Positions 1 to 13,928 of a DNA stretch of 64,000 bases are shown in pieces. The position numbers and the translations under genes were made by a program. Source of the DNA: Eledone cirrhosa (lineage: Eukaryota); contig OZ024757.1 of the NCBI GenBank assembly GCA_964016885.1, positions 34,162,001 through 34,226,000 of the forward strand, given 5' to 3'. Below the pieces are notes generated by a model. The model was not told the origin of the DNA. It saw only the letters and a list, made by a program, of their open reading frames with translations, and did not search any database. Position 1 is the stretch's first letter, and the number at the start of each line of letters is the position of its first letter.

Positions 1-199
1 CACAGGTAATCTATAGATTACCTGTTGTTTACCTCCAGCAATATTCTTGTTGCTGCTGCTTCTATAAAGAAGCAAAGTTCAAACTATTTTATATTGATTC
101 ATGTGAGGTACTTCACTATAATCTCCATATTGATACCTTCTTATTGATCTCTCAAATAAATTACTTTATCTTGGATCAGGCTGCCCCACCACCTTCCCC

Positions 200-1520
200 C
201 ATACACTCACACTCACTTTCTCTCTCATCTCTTCTCTCTCCCATTTTTTCTCACACACACACTCTCTTTTTCACACACACTCTCTCTCTCTCACACATAC
301 ACTCTCTCACTCTCTCTCTTTCACATACACTCTCTCTCTCACACACACTCTCTCTCCCTCCCCACTGTCTTTCTCTCACTCACACATACACTTGCAAACA
401 TACAGCCCCCCCTTCTCTCACACACATACACACATTGTTTCCCTCTCACCTCCTCTCTCCTATTTGTTTCTCACATACACACTCTCTCTTCCTCTTCTCT
501 CTCTTTTTCTCTCAGTCACACACTCACAAATATACAGCCCCTTTCCCTCCCTCTCTCTCTCTCACACACACTCTCTCTCATTCACCCTCTCACACATACA
601 CATACATACACACACACTTGCTCTCACACATACCCTCTCTCTGTCACATGCATACACACTATCTCTCTCACACACATACACACACACTCTCTCTCTCACA
701 CATACATACACACACACACTTGCTCTCATACATACCCTCTCTCTGTCACATGCATACACACTATCTCTCTCACACACATCACATACACACACACTCTCTC
801 TCTCTCACACATACATACACACACACTTGCTCTCACACATACCCTCTCTCTGTCACATGCATACACACTATCTCTCTCACACACATCACATACACACACA
901 CTCTCTCTCTCTCACACATACATACACACACACTTGCTCTCACACATACCCTCTCTCTGTCACATGCATACACACTATCTCTCTCACACACATACACATA
1001 CACACACACTCTCTCTCTCACACATACATACACACACACTTGCTCTCACACACCCTCTCTCTGTCACATGCATACACACTATCTCTCTCACACACATACA
1101 CATACACTCTCTCTCTCACACATACATACACACACACTTGCTCTCACACATACCCTCTCTCTGTCACATGCATACACACTAACTCTCTCACACACATACA
1201 CACACACTCTCTCTCTCACACATACATACACACACACTTGCTCTTACACATACCCTCTCTCACATGCATACACAGTAACTCTCTCACACACATACACACA
1301 CACACTCTCTCTCACATACACATACACTTGCTCTCACACATACCCTCTCTCTCTCACATGCATACACACTATCTCTTACATACACTCTCTCTCACACACA
1401 TACATACACATACACAAACTCTCTCTCTCTCACACACACATACACATACACACACACTCTCACATACACGCATGCACTCTCTCTTACATGCATACAGTCA
1501 CCCCCTCTCTCTCTCACTCA
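200..1520. repeat. Compound (CA)n/(CT)n satellite with a ~80-bp higher-order unit
   Basis: Recurrent cttgctctcacacataccctctctctgtcacatgcatacacactat unit. Confidence 0.9.
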
Positions 1521-1834
1521 CTTTCTCCTCCATTCAGTATTTCAGAAATACAACACATTGTGGTTCTTACTGTCATAAATTGCTGGCCTTGTGCCTAAAT
1601 TAGAAGCCATTATTATTGTTTGTTTGTTTTTCTTATGTCATTCATTTTTCTGTGTCTGATGTCATGGAAAGAGTGTCATTGAAATCTTAATGGACAAACA
1701 ATGTTACAATAGTTAGTGACAAACCACTTAAGAGATCTGTAAAAGCTTCACATGATATTTATTTGCTAACTCATTCTTAATTTTATATATAAGGGTGAAC
1801 CTATCGTAACTCCACGTTTCACTCCCTAGATATA

Positions 1835-2110
1835 GGGTGATGTGTTGTTTCCTTGAGCAAGACACTTTATTTCACATTGCTCCATTTACTCAGCTGTAGA
1901 AATGAGATGATAGGGACTGGGGTCCCTATTATTCCACTGCAAAGTGGTCGTGTAGGCGCCATGGAAAAAAAAGCACCCAGCACTCACTGTAAATGAGGTT
2001 GGTGTTAGGAAGGGCATCCAGCTGTAGAAATCAAGCCAGAATCAGTTCCCGTCCCACCCTTGCAAGCAGGGAAAAGCGGAGGCAAAATGATGATGATGAT
2101 GATGATGATG
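1835..2110 (+). mobile_element. CORE-type SINE (5'-truncated) with (GAT)n tail
   Basis: MIR/CORE-like ccttgagcaagacactttatttcacattgctcc..tttactcagctgtagaaatg. Near-identical to 23720-24030 and 56570-56890. Confidence 0.8.
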
Positions 2111-2291
2111 ATATATATATATATATATAAAATAGAAGTAATATATCTTAAATTCATAGGAGAAGATATTATGATATATTGTGTTAGATACCTTAATCAA
2201 AGCGAAGCGTGTCCAATGTTTTACATTACAATATTAAATATTAAAGTGGCGTTAGTACTTAAGAAGAATTAATATCCAGAGTGAATATAAA

Positions 2292-2515
2292 CAGAAATTC
2301 CTGATGGAGAATCAAAGCACTTGTCAACATTTTTTATTCCTCATAAATTGTTTCATCCGATTAAAGCAATGCCATGTGTGCTCACAGAATAGAATTAAAT
2401 TCGATCTGTATATATCCATAGATATGCCCCAATTTAGAATCCTCAGAGGATGAAACAATTTGTAAGGCATTAAAAATGTTGATAAGTGCTTTTGATTCTC
2501 CATCATAAATTTCTG
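2292..2515. mobile_element. Inverted-repeat element with degenerate hammerhead-like motifs (family G), inside a (TA)n-flanked insert
   Basis: Arms 2292-2358 and 2448-2515. The right arm has GAAA-caatttg-TA; the minus strand has CTGAGGA at 2440-2446. Confidence 0.55.
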
Positions 2516-2684
2516 AGAAGTGCGCTGGCGCACAGAAGTGACTGGAAGAAGGAAATAAAGAAAGGCGATGTACAAGACAAGTTTACACACACACACATCT
2601 TCTGCCTCATCAGCTCTCAAACCAGAAAAATGGTTTCGCATGATTTAATTGAAAGTATATATATATATATGTATATGTGTGTGT

Positions 2685-2850
2685 GAAACCCGTGTTCAAT
2701 CGGGGGTAACCACAGTTAGTAAAGTACTCAATACTTTAGTAGAGTGTAAACATCAAATTTGATATAGAAATGGCTTCTACAAGCCCTGATGATTTCTTTT
2801 AAATGAAGCAGTTCTAGTCCTGAAGAAGCTATTAATATATTAAACATGAT
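2685..2850. mobile_element. Family F palindromic element (putative PLE pLTR derivative)
   Basis: gcttctaca..CTGATGA(2786)..GAAG cagttctagtcctgaagaagc. Tail homologous to 54537-54605. Lies between (TG)n and (TA)n. Confidence 0.65.
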
Positions 2851-2877
2851 ATATATACATACATATATATATATATA

Positions 2878-3015
2878 TAACGAAGTGTGGTAAGGAACCA
2901 GATGGACCATAACGCACCAGAGTACTCAATACTTAGGGTAATAGAGTGGGTAATAGGAAAATGTTTAACCCCGACGGCAGAGCTCAACCCGTTTCGACGG
3001 CTATTTCTGAACTAA
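2878..3015 (-). mobile_element. Family J element (GC-rich hairpin plus GAGTAC tail)
   Basis: Near-identical reverse complement of parts of 5682-5846 and 10209-10364. Abuts (TA)n. Confidence 0.75.
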
Positions 3016-4879
3016 ATTAGAATTTTTAGTGTGGTAATAAATAACCGAACTTTTCAAGCGATAATTCCTTATATGGGAAGATTGTAGTTGTCAAATCCAG
3101 GAATAAGTGTGTGAAGTTTGGTGCAGATGTTAAAGAGCCCCTTTTTTAACAAAGCTGTGATACATATTTCAATGGCAAGTGTTGCTATGTGATTGTTCAA
3201 TCATATGACCAGTCATGCAATATCATTGGACAGTATCCTATGTAATAAAGTTACATTTCCATGGCAATCGAATCTAAAGAAAAGCGAATGGACAAAATTA
3301 TGTTTTCATAGACAAAGATTTCACAAGGGAATGGACTTCTGCTAATGAAACATCATTTCTGTTGATACAACAAAAGATTTTGAAATATTTTTCAAAAAGA
3401 ATTTTCTTTTCAAAAATTCTACAATATATTAACAAAAAGAACTTTTGAATCTGAAATATATTTTGTTCTCTATTTAAGAAGAACTTAAAATAAAAGCCAA
3501 CTCTATGAAATAGCCATTTTTGATTAAAGAAAGAAAAACCCTTTATTGTTTTGTTTTGTTTTGTTATTGTTGTTATTGTTGTTGTTGTTGTTGTTGTTGT
3601 GGTGGTGGAGGTGGTGGTGGTGGTGGTGGTGGTAGTGGTTGATATTGTAATGGGGGTGGGGTGTTGGTGGTGTTGTTATTTGTGGTGGTGGTGATCGTGG
3701 TGTGTGTGTTGATGGTAGTTGTGGTAGTGGTGGTGCGTGTTGACGATGGTGATTTTGGTGGTGTTGGTGGGTGGGGTTTTTTTGTGGCCCCAAAACTAAC
3801 ACTTTACAGAATGTACAGGGTGTATTTTTTCATGACACTAACAATAACACTTTATAGAGTGTGCTGGGTGTAATTTTTCATGACACCAACACTAAAACTT
3901 TACAGAGTGTTCTGGGTACATTTTATTGTTGCACCAACACTAGACAATTTGTTACATACTCATGCAGACCAAAGTCCTCTCAAACCATATGCTGTCTCTA
4001 TTTAATTGTTAACCCCGTAGCAACTAGCCTCTCACTACATTTACTTATAGTGTCACTGTGCTTGTAGAGGAAAGTGGTTCTTTTGTATTATAACAGCACA
4101 AATATATTTACTAATCAAACAAGATTGATAAGAGTGGTAAAGTATGAACCCTTATCCAGGGTAAACACGATAAAAATCCTTGAGAAGATCAAAACAAATA
4201 TGAATCATAATGATTGTCTTGTCTAATAAATGGGCCTGTCACCAGGTTTTGTTCCTCAGGGGCAGGCGAGTGAGATGAGGTGGTGTTGGTGGGGGGGACA
4301 TGCAGAATATTCTAAGACTCTTTCGCAAGTAAATCTTTTATGAACTCCATTTTTGAAATTATTCAAAATTATGGCTGCCGTGCCATCCAGTGGGTCCCCC
4401 TCACCTTACTCATTTGGCACTGGGCCTGCTTATAAATATGCCATGGTATGATCTACTGAATCACACACACACACAAACATTCTTCACTCTGATTGAGCAA
4501 CAAGATTCCAGACTTCATTCGCTTGCCGAGTGGAGTTGACCTCATCAAATACGACCAAGGAAACAATGTTTCTATTGGTCTTTCCATTGCTGATACTATC
4601 ACCATCAATCTGTTGCTGATAGGAAGGGCACCAAGCTGCACTTCATATCTGTTGGGGTCGGAGGGGATCGAGTGGGGTTGGATGGGGTCGGGTAGAGTTG
4701 TGTGGGGTCGGGTGGGTTCGGGTGGGATCGAGTGGAGTTGGGTGGGATCGGTTAGAGTTGTGTGCAGTCGGGTGGGATTAAGTGGGGTCGGGTGGGGTCA
4801 GTGGGGTGGTGCAGAAGGTCAATGGTAATGCTGGTGGTTGCAGTCATGGTAGTAAGAGTTAGAGCATTGTGCAGATGTT

Positions 4880-5300
<421 letters not shown>

Positions 5301-5618
5301 GATATTCCCACAGGTAGTGTTGCTATTACCAATGTGTATCTGTGGCTGCTGATATCAATAATGGTGATTAATGATGAGCAGCATGTATGTGTGAGTGTGT
5401 GTGTAAGTGTGTAAGTGTGTGTGTTTGTGTAAGTGTGTGTGTGTGTGCATGTGTGTGTTATCAGCGTGTTCCCGAAAACAGTATACACACTTCAATAGCA
5501 TTCTAATAAAAGTCTGTACACATTTTTTTTTTGGGGGGGGGGGGACACTCTGTACATGTATGTGTGTGTGTTTGTGTATATTGTTTATGTGTGCATGTCT
5601 CAGTGTGTGTGTGTGTAT

Positions 5619-5681
<63 letters not shown>

Positions 5682-5686
<5 letters not shown>

Positions 5687-5846
5687 ATGTTTAACCCCGA
5701 CGGCAGAGCTCAAGCCGTTTCGACGGCTATTTCTGAGCTCTGCCGTCGGGGTCATACCTTTTCCTATTACCCACTCTACTACCCTAAGTATTGAGTACTC
5801 TGGTGCATTATGGTCCATCTGGTTCCTTACCACACCTCCTTCGTTA
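5682..5846 (+). mobile_element. Family J palindromic element
   Basis: accccgacggcagagctca...tgagctctgccgtcggggt hairpin plus a ~90-bp tail, flanked on both sides by (TA)n. Confidence 0.8.
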
Positions 5847-6658
5847 TATATATATAGTAGTGCGGACAATATCGGCCTTCCACATGCTGATGATCCACCG
5901 GGCCATATTGGAACCCACTAAAATAGCGAAACATTCTCCTGGTGAGTGTGTACGTGTGTGATTTAGGTGAGGTTGGTTTCTCATTTCAATTTATACTTTT
6001 AATTTTAATCTTTTTCCTATGCTTCTTGTAGTTTATATTCTCTTCACGCTGGTGGTTTGAAATTCCTGTAATGAAAAACACACTCTTCTGTGTCTTTCCC
6101 CTCTATATATTGTATATATATATATATATATGTATACATACTTGTGTGTGTATGTCTGTATATATACATATGTCTGTGTGTGTGTGTGTTGTCTATGAGT
6201 GTGTGTTTCAGTGTCTGTGTATGTGTGTGTGTGTTCGTCTGAATTAAAGATGCGACTTGAATAAATTTATGAACAAGGAAACAAATACACACATATACAT
6301 ACATACACACACACACGTACACACACACATACATACACACCCAACACACAGACACACATATATATATATATATACACACACACATATACATACACACACA
6401 ACATACATACACATACACACCACACACATGCACACATATACACACAATAAACATACACACGTACACAAAACAACACACACACCACATATATATACATACA
6501 CACTATACAACACACAATACACACATACACAAACACACAAAAACGCACACAGGCAGACACCTACACATAGAGTGCATACACACACACACACACAAACAAA
6601 ATTCTATGATAGATTGCATTCACACCACATGGAGACTGTTTCTGTATTCTAATAATGG

Positions 6659-6768
<110 letters not shown>

Positions 6769-7025
6769 TGAGTGAGAGAGATAGATAGAGAGAGGAATAG
6801 AAACTGTGATTGAGAAAGAGAGATAAATATCTACAGGAGGTAGAAGAGGTGTGAAGGTAAATTTAATGTTGTGAATCTCTAGTAAACACCTTAAAGCAAT
6901 TTGTGATTTGGAAATAACATTTATCATTAATCAATGAAGTATATTTCATTTAAATATGGTAATGAATGGGTTAATAGCTATCCTAAGCAGTGAAGAATCC
7001 CTGAATCTTAGACTGTTATGGGGAC

Positions 7026-7293
7026 CAGAGACTTAACTAGGGAGAGTAGCATCTATGGCAAGCAATGAAATTGTGCCCCTGCCCAGCACTGTATTTCTGT
7101 ATTTTTACTTATGGAGGCCTAAAGATGTATATAAATGGTTTAATGATCCAGCCAATATAGTGTTTCTCAGCCATGATAATCAAAGACAAATCATAATCTA
7201 AATGATGGCTTATCTGACTTTAATATAAATTACTCTTTATCCAAGTGGCGGCATGGCACATGCCATACTTGCCACACGCTAGTTACGCCTCTG
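7026..7293. mobile_element. hAT-like MITE
   Basis: TIR CAGAGaCtTAACTAG / CTAGTTACGCCTCTG (13/15). 8-bp TSD atggggac / atggagac. Confidence 0.7.
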
Positions 7294-8524
7294 ATGGAGA
7301 CTTCTACACATCCAGCAACATTAGGGCAACAGTTTGTTCTGGGCAGGATTGTATTAACCCATGGTTGGCTTCCTAGGCTCTTGAGTATTTTTGGCCCCTT
7401 TCTGGTGCTTCAGTTTTCCCCTGGCCCCTATGCTTTCAAATATCCCCCCCCCCCCTCCCACCCTACCTGGCATTTTAATATTTCACCCCATTACAGCTGA
7501 CTGTCTGGGCCACATTTACCCATGGCTGGGCCTTAAGGCTCTTGTGTATTCAAGGTCCTTTCTGAAAACTTAAATATTTCATCCTATTACAGTTGACAAT
7601 ATTAACCCATAGTCAGGGCCCTAGACTTTCAGGTATTTTAACTCCTACACCACACCACACCATATTCCTACCTATAAGTACTTCAATTTTCACCCCACTA
7701 CAGTTGACAGCCAGGGCCATATTAACCCATGCCCTGGCCCCTAGGATCTCAAGTATTTCATTACCCTCACCAACACTGGCACTTCAATATTTCACCCTTC
7801 TGCAACCAGGGTTGTAGTAACCCATGGCAAGGCCACTAGGATCTCTGGGGAATCAAGTGGGGGTCCGGAATATCTAAAAATTTAGGGGCCAGACTTCTGG
7901 TTAATACAACCCCAGCTGTAGAAGGATGAAAGATTGAAGTACGAGTGTTGATGGGACTAAGCAAAAAATATTGATGGGTCCCTAATCTTTGCAGGACTCT
8001 TAGCTTTCAATCAAATGAGTCTTTAGAACAATTCAACCAATTTTCTGGGCTCCCTCCAAAATTAGGGGCTGTGAATTTTCATTGATTTTATTGTAGATCC
8101 CTCACTGATCATAATTCAATCACAATTCTTTCTGCTTACCCTGATTGATTTCCTATTGATCTACCACTTGGGAAAGATGAGGTATCAATGATTGTGATCG
8201 ATTTCCAATAACCCCCCCCCCCCCATACACCTCATCTCTGCAGACTATTATGGGGATTTGTATCATTATTGAATATAGAAGAACAAATGGCCAAGTTGAC
8301 CTTGGAGTAATTTGAACTTTGAATAAGGAGAGACGATGGTCTGTATGTACAAATATATATAGCTTGGCATTCCACCAGCTTGGACATAACCAGCAGTTAA
8401 ACACATGCATATATATATATACACATATAAATATATACATATATATGCATATATATATATACATACATAAATATATACATTCATGAAGCATGCATACAAA
8501 CATACAATATATATATATATATCA

Positions 8525-8810
8525 TCATCATCATCATCATCGGGTTTAGCGTCCGTGTTCCACGCTTGCATGGGTTTGGACGGGGGTTTTCCCACTTGAG
8601 GCAAGAGTGGTTGTCTTGCTCGCATAGGACTGTCTGGCGGGTTTTCTACAGTTGGATGCCCTTCCTAACACCAACCACATTTACAGTGTGGGGCTGGGAG
8701 GTTTTTACCGTGTTGCCTACACGGTCACATTACAGCGTGGACTGTGTGTTTTTTGTCGTGACACCTACACGATCTCATTTGTTTCGGCCTGGATGTTGTG
8801 GGACCAACAT
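8525..8810 (-). mobile_element. (GAT)n-tailed SINE-like element
   Basis: ggatgcccttcctaacaccaacc module. Near-identical to 30675-31290; related copies at ~19620-19990, 20605-20750, 47035-47330, 51500-51700 and 61910-62150. Confidence 0.75.
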
Positions 8811-8951
8811 AACTTTACATTGAAAGGGGCGGTGTGGATGGGGTGGAGGTGGTGGGACGGGGGTGTGTTTTGATAGAGATGCCTACTGACTGTAGTAGGT
8901 TTTTACTTTGTATTTAGGTAAGGCGGGTCTTCTCTATTACTGAGTACCGCC

Positions 8952-8982
<31 letters not shown>

Positions 8983-8983
8983 C

Positions 8984-9028
<45 letters not shown>

Positions 9029-9040
9029 TATACATATATA

Positions 9041-9437
9041 TGTAGAAGTTCTATTTAAATTGTTGGTATATAACAAGCAAATATTTTTATAACTGATATA
9101 AAGCACTCAACAAATTATTGGAGTAAAAATACGATATATTAACAAATGGAAACTATATTTATAAAACCATATTTCAAGGACACCAAGTTAAATTATGGTG
9201 TGCTTTCATCAGATAAAATATAATATAGATCAGTTTTATAAATAAATATTGACATACCCGGGAGCTTCCAACAGAAATGGTCGCATTCTTTAAGGGTGTG
9301 TCAATATTTATTTATAAAACTGATCTATATTATATTTTATCTGATGAAAGCACACCATAATTTAACTTGGTGTCCTTGAAATATGTATAATGAAATAAAT
9401 ATGGTTTTATAAATATAGTTTCCATTTGTTAATATAT

Positions 9438-9440
<3 letters not shown>
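9041..9440. mobile_element. Family A palindromic hammerhead element
   Basis: ~90-bp unique tail, then ~125-145-bp inverted arms around a ~35-nt loop. (TA)n on both sides. Confidence 0.85.
9333..9397 (+). ncRNA. Type I hammerhead ribozyme, family A
   Basis: tattttat-CTGATGA-aagcacacca[taatttaact]tggtgtcctt-GAAA-tatgta-TA-atgaaata. 8-bp stem I, 9/10-bp stem II, near-palindromic stem III, AUA site. Confidence 0.85.
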
Positions 9441-9515
<75 letters not shown>

Positions 9516-9647
9516 CATATATACACATGCATACATATGTAAAGCATGAAATTAATATAGATTTTCATTTTACTTCATCGTCTGTTGTGTGTATTTTCCT
9601 ATATATATATATATATATATATATATTTAAAATACACACACACATAC

Positions 9648-9678
<31 letters not shown>

Positions 9679-10208
9679 CATATATATACACACACATATA
9701 TATATATGTGTGTGTGTATATATATGTATATATATACATATACATATATGTATATGTGTGTATTATAAATATATATATATAGGAAAATACACACACAACA
9801 TATGTATATATATATACGTATGTACATATATATATACATATATATGCACACACATATGGGTGTGTATGTATGCATATGAATATATGCATGCATAATTTTT
9901 AGTTAAACACCCAGCATAATTGGTGTGTAGCCAATCATAAATTCCTTAATTTCCTGCAAGGCTCTGCCGCCCCCTCTTCTTCTTCTTCTATTACCCTGTT
10001 ATTCTTGTAATATTTTATTGCCAATTCAGCCACCCCACACGTGCACATACATACATATATGCCCTCACACACATATGCAGTTATATATATATATATATGC
10101 ACACATACAGAGATTCTTATGCGCACACACACACATGCATATATATATGTCCATTTTCCACACTAGCATGAGTATATATATTATATATATATATATATGT
10201 ATATATAT

Positions 10209-10364
10209 ATAGGAACAAGTAAGACCCCGACGGCTGAGCTCAAGCCGTTTCGACGGTCAGCCGTCGGGGTCTTACTTGTTCCTATTACCCACTCTACTAC
10301 CCTAAGTATTGAGTACTTTGGTGCGTTATGGTCCACCTGGTTCCTTACCACTTTTCCTTCGTTA
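10209..10364 (+). mobile_element. Family J palindromic element
   Basis: aggaacaagtaagaccccgacggctga...tcagccgtcggggtcttacttgttcct plus tail. (TA)n on both sides. Confidence 0.8.
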
Positions 10365-10657
10365 TATATATATATATACTCATGCTAGTGTGGAAAATGG
10401 ACCTTAAATGATGATGTTGATGATGATGATCATCATATATATTTATTTGTACACACATACACCATGTGTATATGCATCACTTAATATATATTGAAGCATG
10501 GCAGTAGACGGTAAATTGCAGAAGTAGTAGAGCACCCGTGTCCGTGCTAGAAAAAACGGCCTTGAACTATTTTATTATCTCTGTTTTAGAAAAAAAAAAA
10601 AAAGAATTCCTATGACACAGTGACAGTGAATTTCATTGGTTGAGCAGGAGGGACAAT

Positions 10658-10900
10658 ATGAGGGTCGGCTGGAAAGTTCATAGGTTGACCAAGATACTCT
10701 CGTGGAATGACCAAATGTAGTTTATTTTTCAACATAGTCCCTGGAAAGAAACAATGTGGTTATTAATAAGAAGAGTTGAAATTAATGCATGTAAGATTTC
10801 ACAGCTCTAGCATCACTCCTTCATAGTCTGAAAGGTTCATAAGCTGACCAAGATACCCTCATGGAATGACCAAATGGGGTTGATTTTTCAACATGGTTCT
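10658..10900 (+). mobile_element. Tc1/mariner-like terminal fragments (duplicated)
   Basis: tatgagggtcggctggaaagttcat...tttatttttcaacatagtccc, partly repeated at 10830-10900. Confidence 0.45.
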
Positions 10901-10959
10901 TCTCTACTGCCTTCATGTCCACTCTGTCACTCTAACAATCACTCTAACAATCAACCTGT

Positions 10960-11350
10960 TGTCTCTGAAACAAGAGACATGGCCAGCCAATTTATGTTGA
11001 CCCTTCTTAAAGGTCTAGATTATGTCCTTCATTCCAGCCTTCTGTTGAATCCATGTATTGCTCTTCCTGTCATGTAAGGTGATGCAGAGCATGATTCGCT
11101 CCATTTTACGTTGGGCAACTGCAAGGGTCTCTGCAGTGGTGGTGTTGAGTGTCCATGTCTCACTTCCATTAGTTATCACTGACAGAACATATTCTTTAAA
11201 CATAGATGGTGGACTCCTATGCTACCTAGACTTCACAGATGACATCATCTTGAAGGTCTTGATTACGTCCTTCACACCAGTCTTCTGTCAAATCCAGGTG
11301 TTGTTCTTCTGGTCACATAAGGTGATGATGAGCATGACTGTCTCTAACTG
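10960..11350 (-). pseudogene. RTE-clade LINE ORF2 C-terminal remnant (partly duplicated)
   Basis: YVLSVITNGSETWTL...QRKMERIMLCITLHDRKSNTWIQQKAGMKDII. A second decayed copy lies at 11250-11345. Confidence 0.8.
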
Positions 11351-11397
11351 TTATTAAAAAATTATTTGGTGTTGCTGCTACCATCACTGCCACCAGT

Positions 11398-11542
11398 CAG
11401 TGCCAGATTTACCACTGGACTTAGGTCTGCTTAAGCACAGGGCACCATTGGCCAAAATAATTTTTTATGATGAATTTTTCAAATGTTTGGGGACTCTTAA
11501 CTTAACTAGCATAGGGTCCCATTTGTCCTAAATCCGATACTG
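11398..11542. mobile_element. hAT-like MITE
   Basis: TIR CAGTGCCAGATTTA / TAAATCCGATACTG. Flanking actgccac / actaccac, with an extra cagt on the left. Confidence 0.55.
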
Positions 11543-11689
11543 ACTACCACAACCACCTTTTTTCATGCACTCGCTCTCTTACTTTCTCCTACACACACAC
11601 ACACACACTCTTGTACCATCCCACCTTCCTGTATGACCGGTATTTTACACAAAATATACAACAACTTTTAATATAATTTTTAATCTCTT

Positions 11690-12200
11690 TAATTCCTAAC
11701 GGATTCGTAGAAGCGCTGTATTGACATAGTGTTTCTAGGGTCTTTTTAGACCTGGCGGAGCACATTCCTCTTCAGGTCTGAATACAACAGATTTCTTCCA
11801 GAGAAGGAAAGATAGTGCAGAGAGGAAGTGAGAAAGATGTAGAGGAAAAATTGACCCCAGTACTACACAGGTACTTTTTTTTCATTAACCTCGAAAGGAT
11901 GAAAGGCAAAGTTGACCTCAGCGGGTTTTGAACTTGGAGAGCAGATAGTCGAAACAAATACCACAAAGCATTCTATCCGACGTTCTAACGACTCTGCCAA
12001 TTCACTGCCTTTAATATAATTGTTTCTACTTTAGGCACAAGGCCAGCAATTACCCAGTGCATTACTGGTACTTTATTTTATCGACCCCGTAAGGATGAAA
12101 GGTAAAGTCAACCTCGGCGGGATTTGAACTCAGATCGTAAAGGGACGTAACTATGCTGGAAAGCATGGCGTCCGACCCTCTACCGATATTGCCAATCCAA
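11690..12200 (-). mobile_element. Two tandem tRNA-derived SINEs with a Meta/Sauria-like central domain
   Basis: aaggatgaaaggcaaagttgacctc.gcgggatttgaact (B box plus central domain). One long-tail and one short-tail variant. Confidence 0.8.
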
Positions 12201-12369
12201 TATAATAGATTGTAATCAATCCCTCCAAATTATTAATTTATTCAAATATAGTTCACTTCATTAGAAAAAGGTTGGTCCTCCATTTGTAGCATTCTGATGA
12301 CTGACGATGTGGTGACATTGATGGCGCAGGGGGTGGCGAGGGAAGTTTTTTTTTGTGATGCGGTGAAGA

Positions 12370-12670
12370 GTGGTATTCTTTTCAGCTCTCTGCACTACGA
12401 GTTCAAATCCTACTGAGGTCATGTTTGCCTTGCATCCTTTTAAGGTTGATAAAAAAAGTACCAGTCAAGTACTGGTGGTGATGGTGGTGGAGGTGGGGTG
12501 GCCGATTCTTCTTCTATATCTCTTTCTCACTTCCTCTCTATCATTCTCTGGAAAAAATCAGATTTGTTCAGATCTGGAGAGGAAATGGGCTCCACCAGGT
12601 TTTAAAATAACACCCAAGAAATGCTGTATGTCACCGTGACACCCTTATGACTCCACCTGGCGTTACAGGT
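12370..12670 (+). mobile_element. Long-tail variant of the tRNA SINE
   Basis: gagttcaaatcc...gtaccag...ctggagagg..atgggctccaccagg. Related copies at 18640-18950(-), 34680-34885(-), 40207-40520(+) and 58897-59220(+). Confidence 0.75.
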
Positions 12671-13037
12671 CCATACATACACACATACATACATACAAAC
12701 ATACAAACATACATACATACATACATACATACGACATACATACATACATACGACATACATACATACATACGACATACATACATACATTGGTTTGTGATGA
12801 TGGTGGCCTGGGAGTGCTGGCTTAATAACTTTTTCTGATCGATAATTGTGAGGTTGAGGGGTGGTGGGTACTGTATAGTGGGTTCTGAGTATAGGTGGGT
12901 AAACGGGTGGATAGGGTGCCTTGCTAAACAAATTACCTCCACTTCCCCCTTTTTCTTTCTCTCACCATGTCTTCATCAGTACCTCTTCCCAAATATCACC
13001 ACCTTAGCTCAACCACCTTATAACTCATTACTACAAC

Positions 13038-13077
<40 letters not shown>

Positions 13078-13928
13078 CTTTTTTGTGAGCTTCTACGTGG
13101 TCGCACAACTTGCTAGAAATAGCAGCCAAATTTCTCTTAAATCACACCTTACCGTCTTATATAAGAGTAAGATTCATTACATACAAATACTACCACTACA
13201 ACAACAACTCCTACTGCTACCACCACCACCACCACCACTACTACTCTAGCTGATATCACAGTTTAAACTAACGTTTCCACCAAATCTATAACATCTACTA
13301 TTGTTGCTACTGTTATTACAATTATTATTATTACTATTTGTGCTATCATTACAACTACTACTACTACTACTAACAACACCACCACCATCACCACTATCAT
13401 TATTATTATTAACCACACCACCAACAACAACACTATCACTATTATTATTAACTTCACCACCGCTACCTCTGCTCCTATTATTATTATTATTAACTTCACC
13501 ACCGCCACCACCACTATCACTAATAACTACATCAACACCACCACCACCACCACCACCACTTTTATTAAAGACATCGCCTCCACCACCGTTATTACTATTA
13601 TCAACTTCATCACCACCGCCACTGCTATTATTATTAGCTCTATCACCACGATCACTATTAATTCAACTGCCACTACCATTTTAAGGATACACCACCACCA
13701 CGAACGTCACTATCACTATTGTTGTTACACCACCACCACTATCGCTATTATTATTAGCTGCACCACACCAACACCGCCTCTCTTATCCTCACTGAGTGTA
13801 GATTCAGCAGGCACACCAATCAAGTACTTCGGTTAACCAACAACACTAAGTTCCACAGTCTATGATCATGTATGTGTGAACAACAGTAAACCCTTCGTTT
13901 GCTCAAACAGTTTCCTTCTTACCTGATT

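Noticed and set aside
144-1603. 484-aa and 403-aa His/Thr/Ser/Leu ORFs
   Set aside because: Translations of a CA/CT satellite, with no domain or splice support.
2600-2645. Type II-like hammerhead permutation (GAAA...CTGATGA on the minus strand)
   Set aside because: Stem III is plausible, but stem I and stem II cannot form.
5883-5945. CTGATGA...GAAAC hammerhead candidate and a nearby gtgagt donor
   Set aside because: No stem I or stem II pairing; the downstream part resembles a SINE tail fragment.
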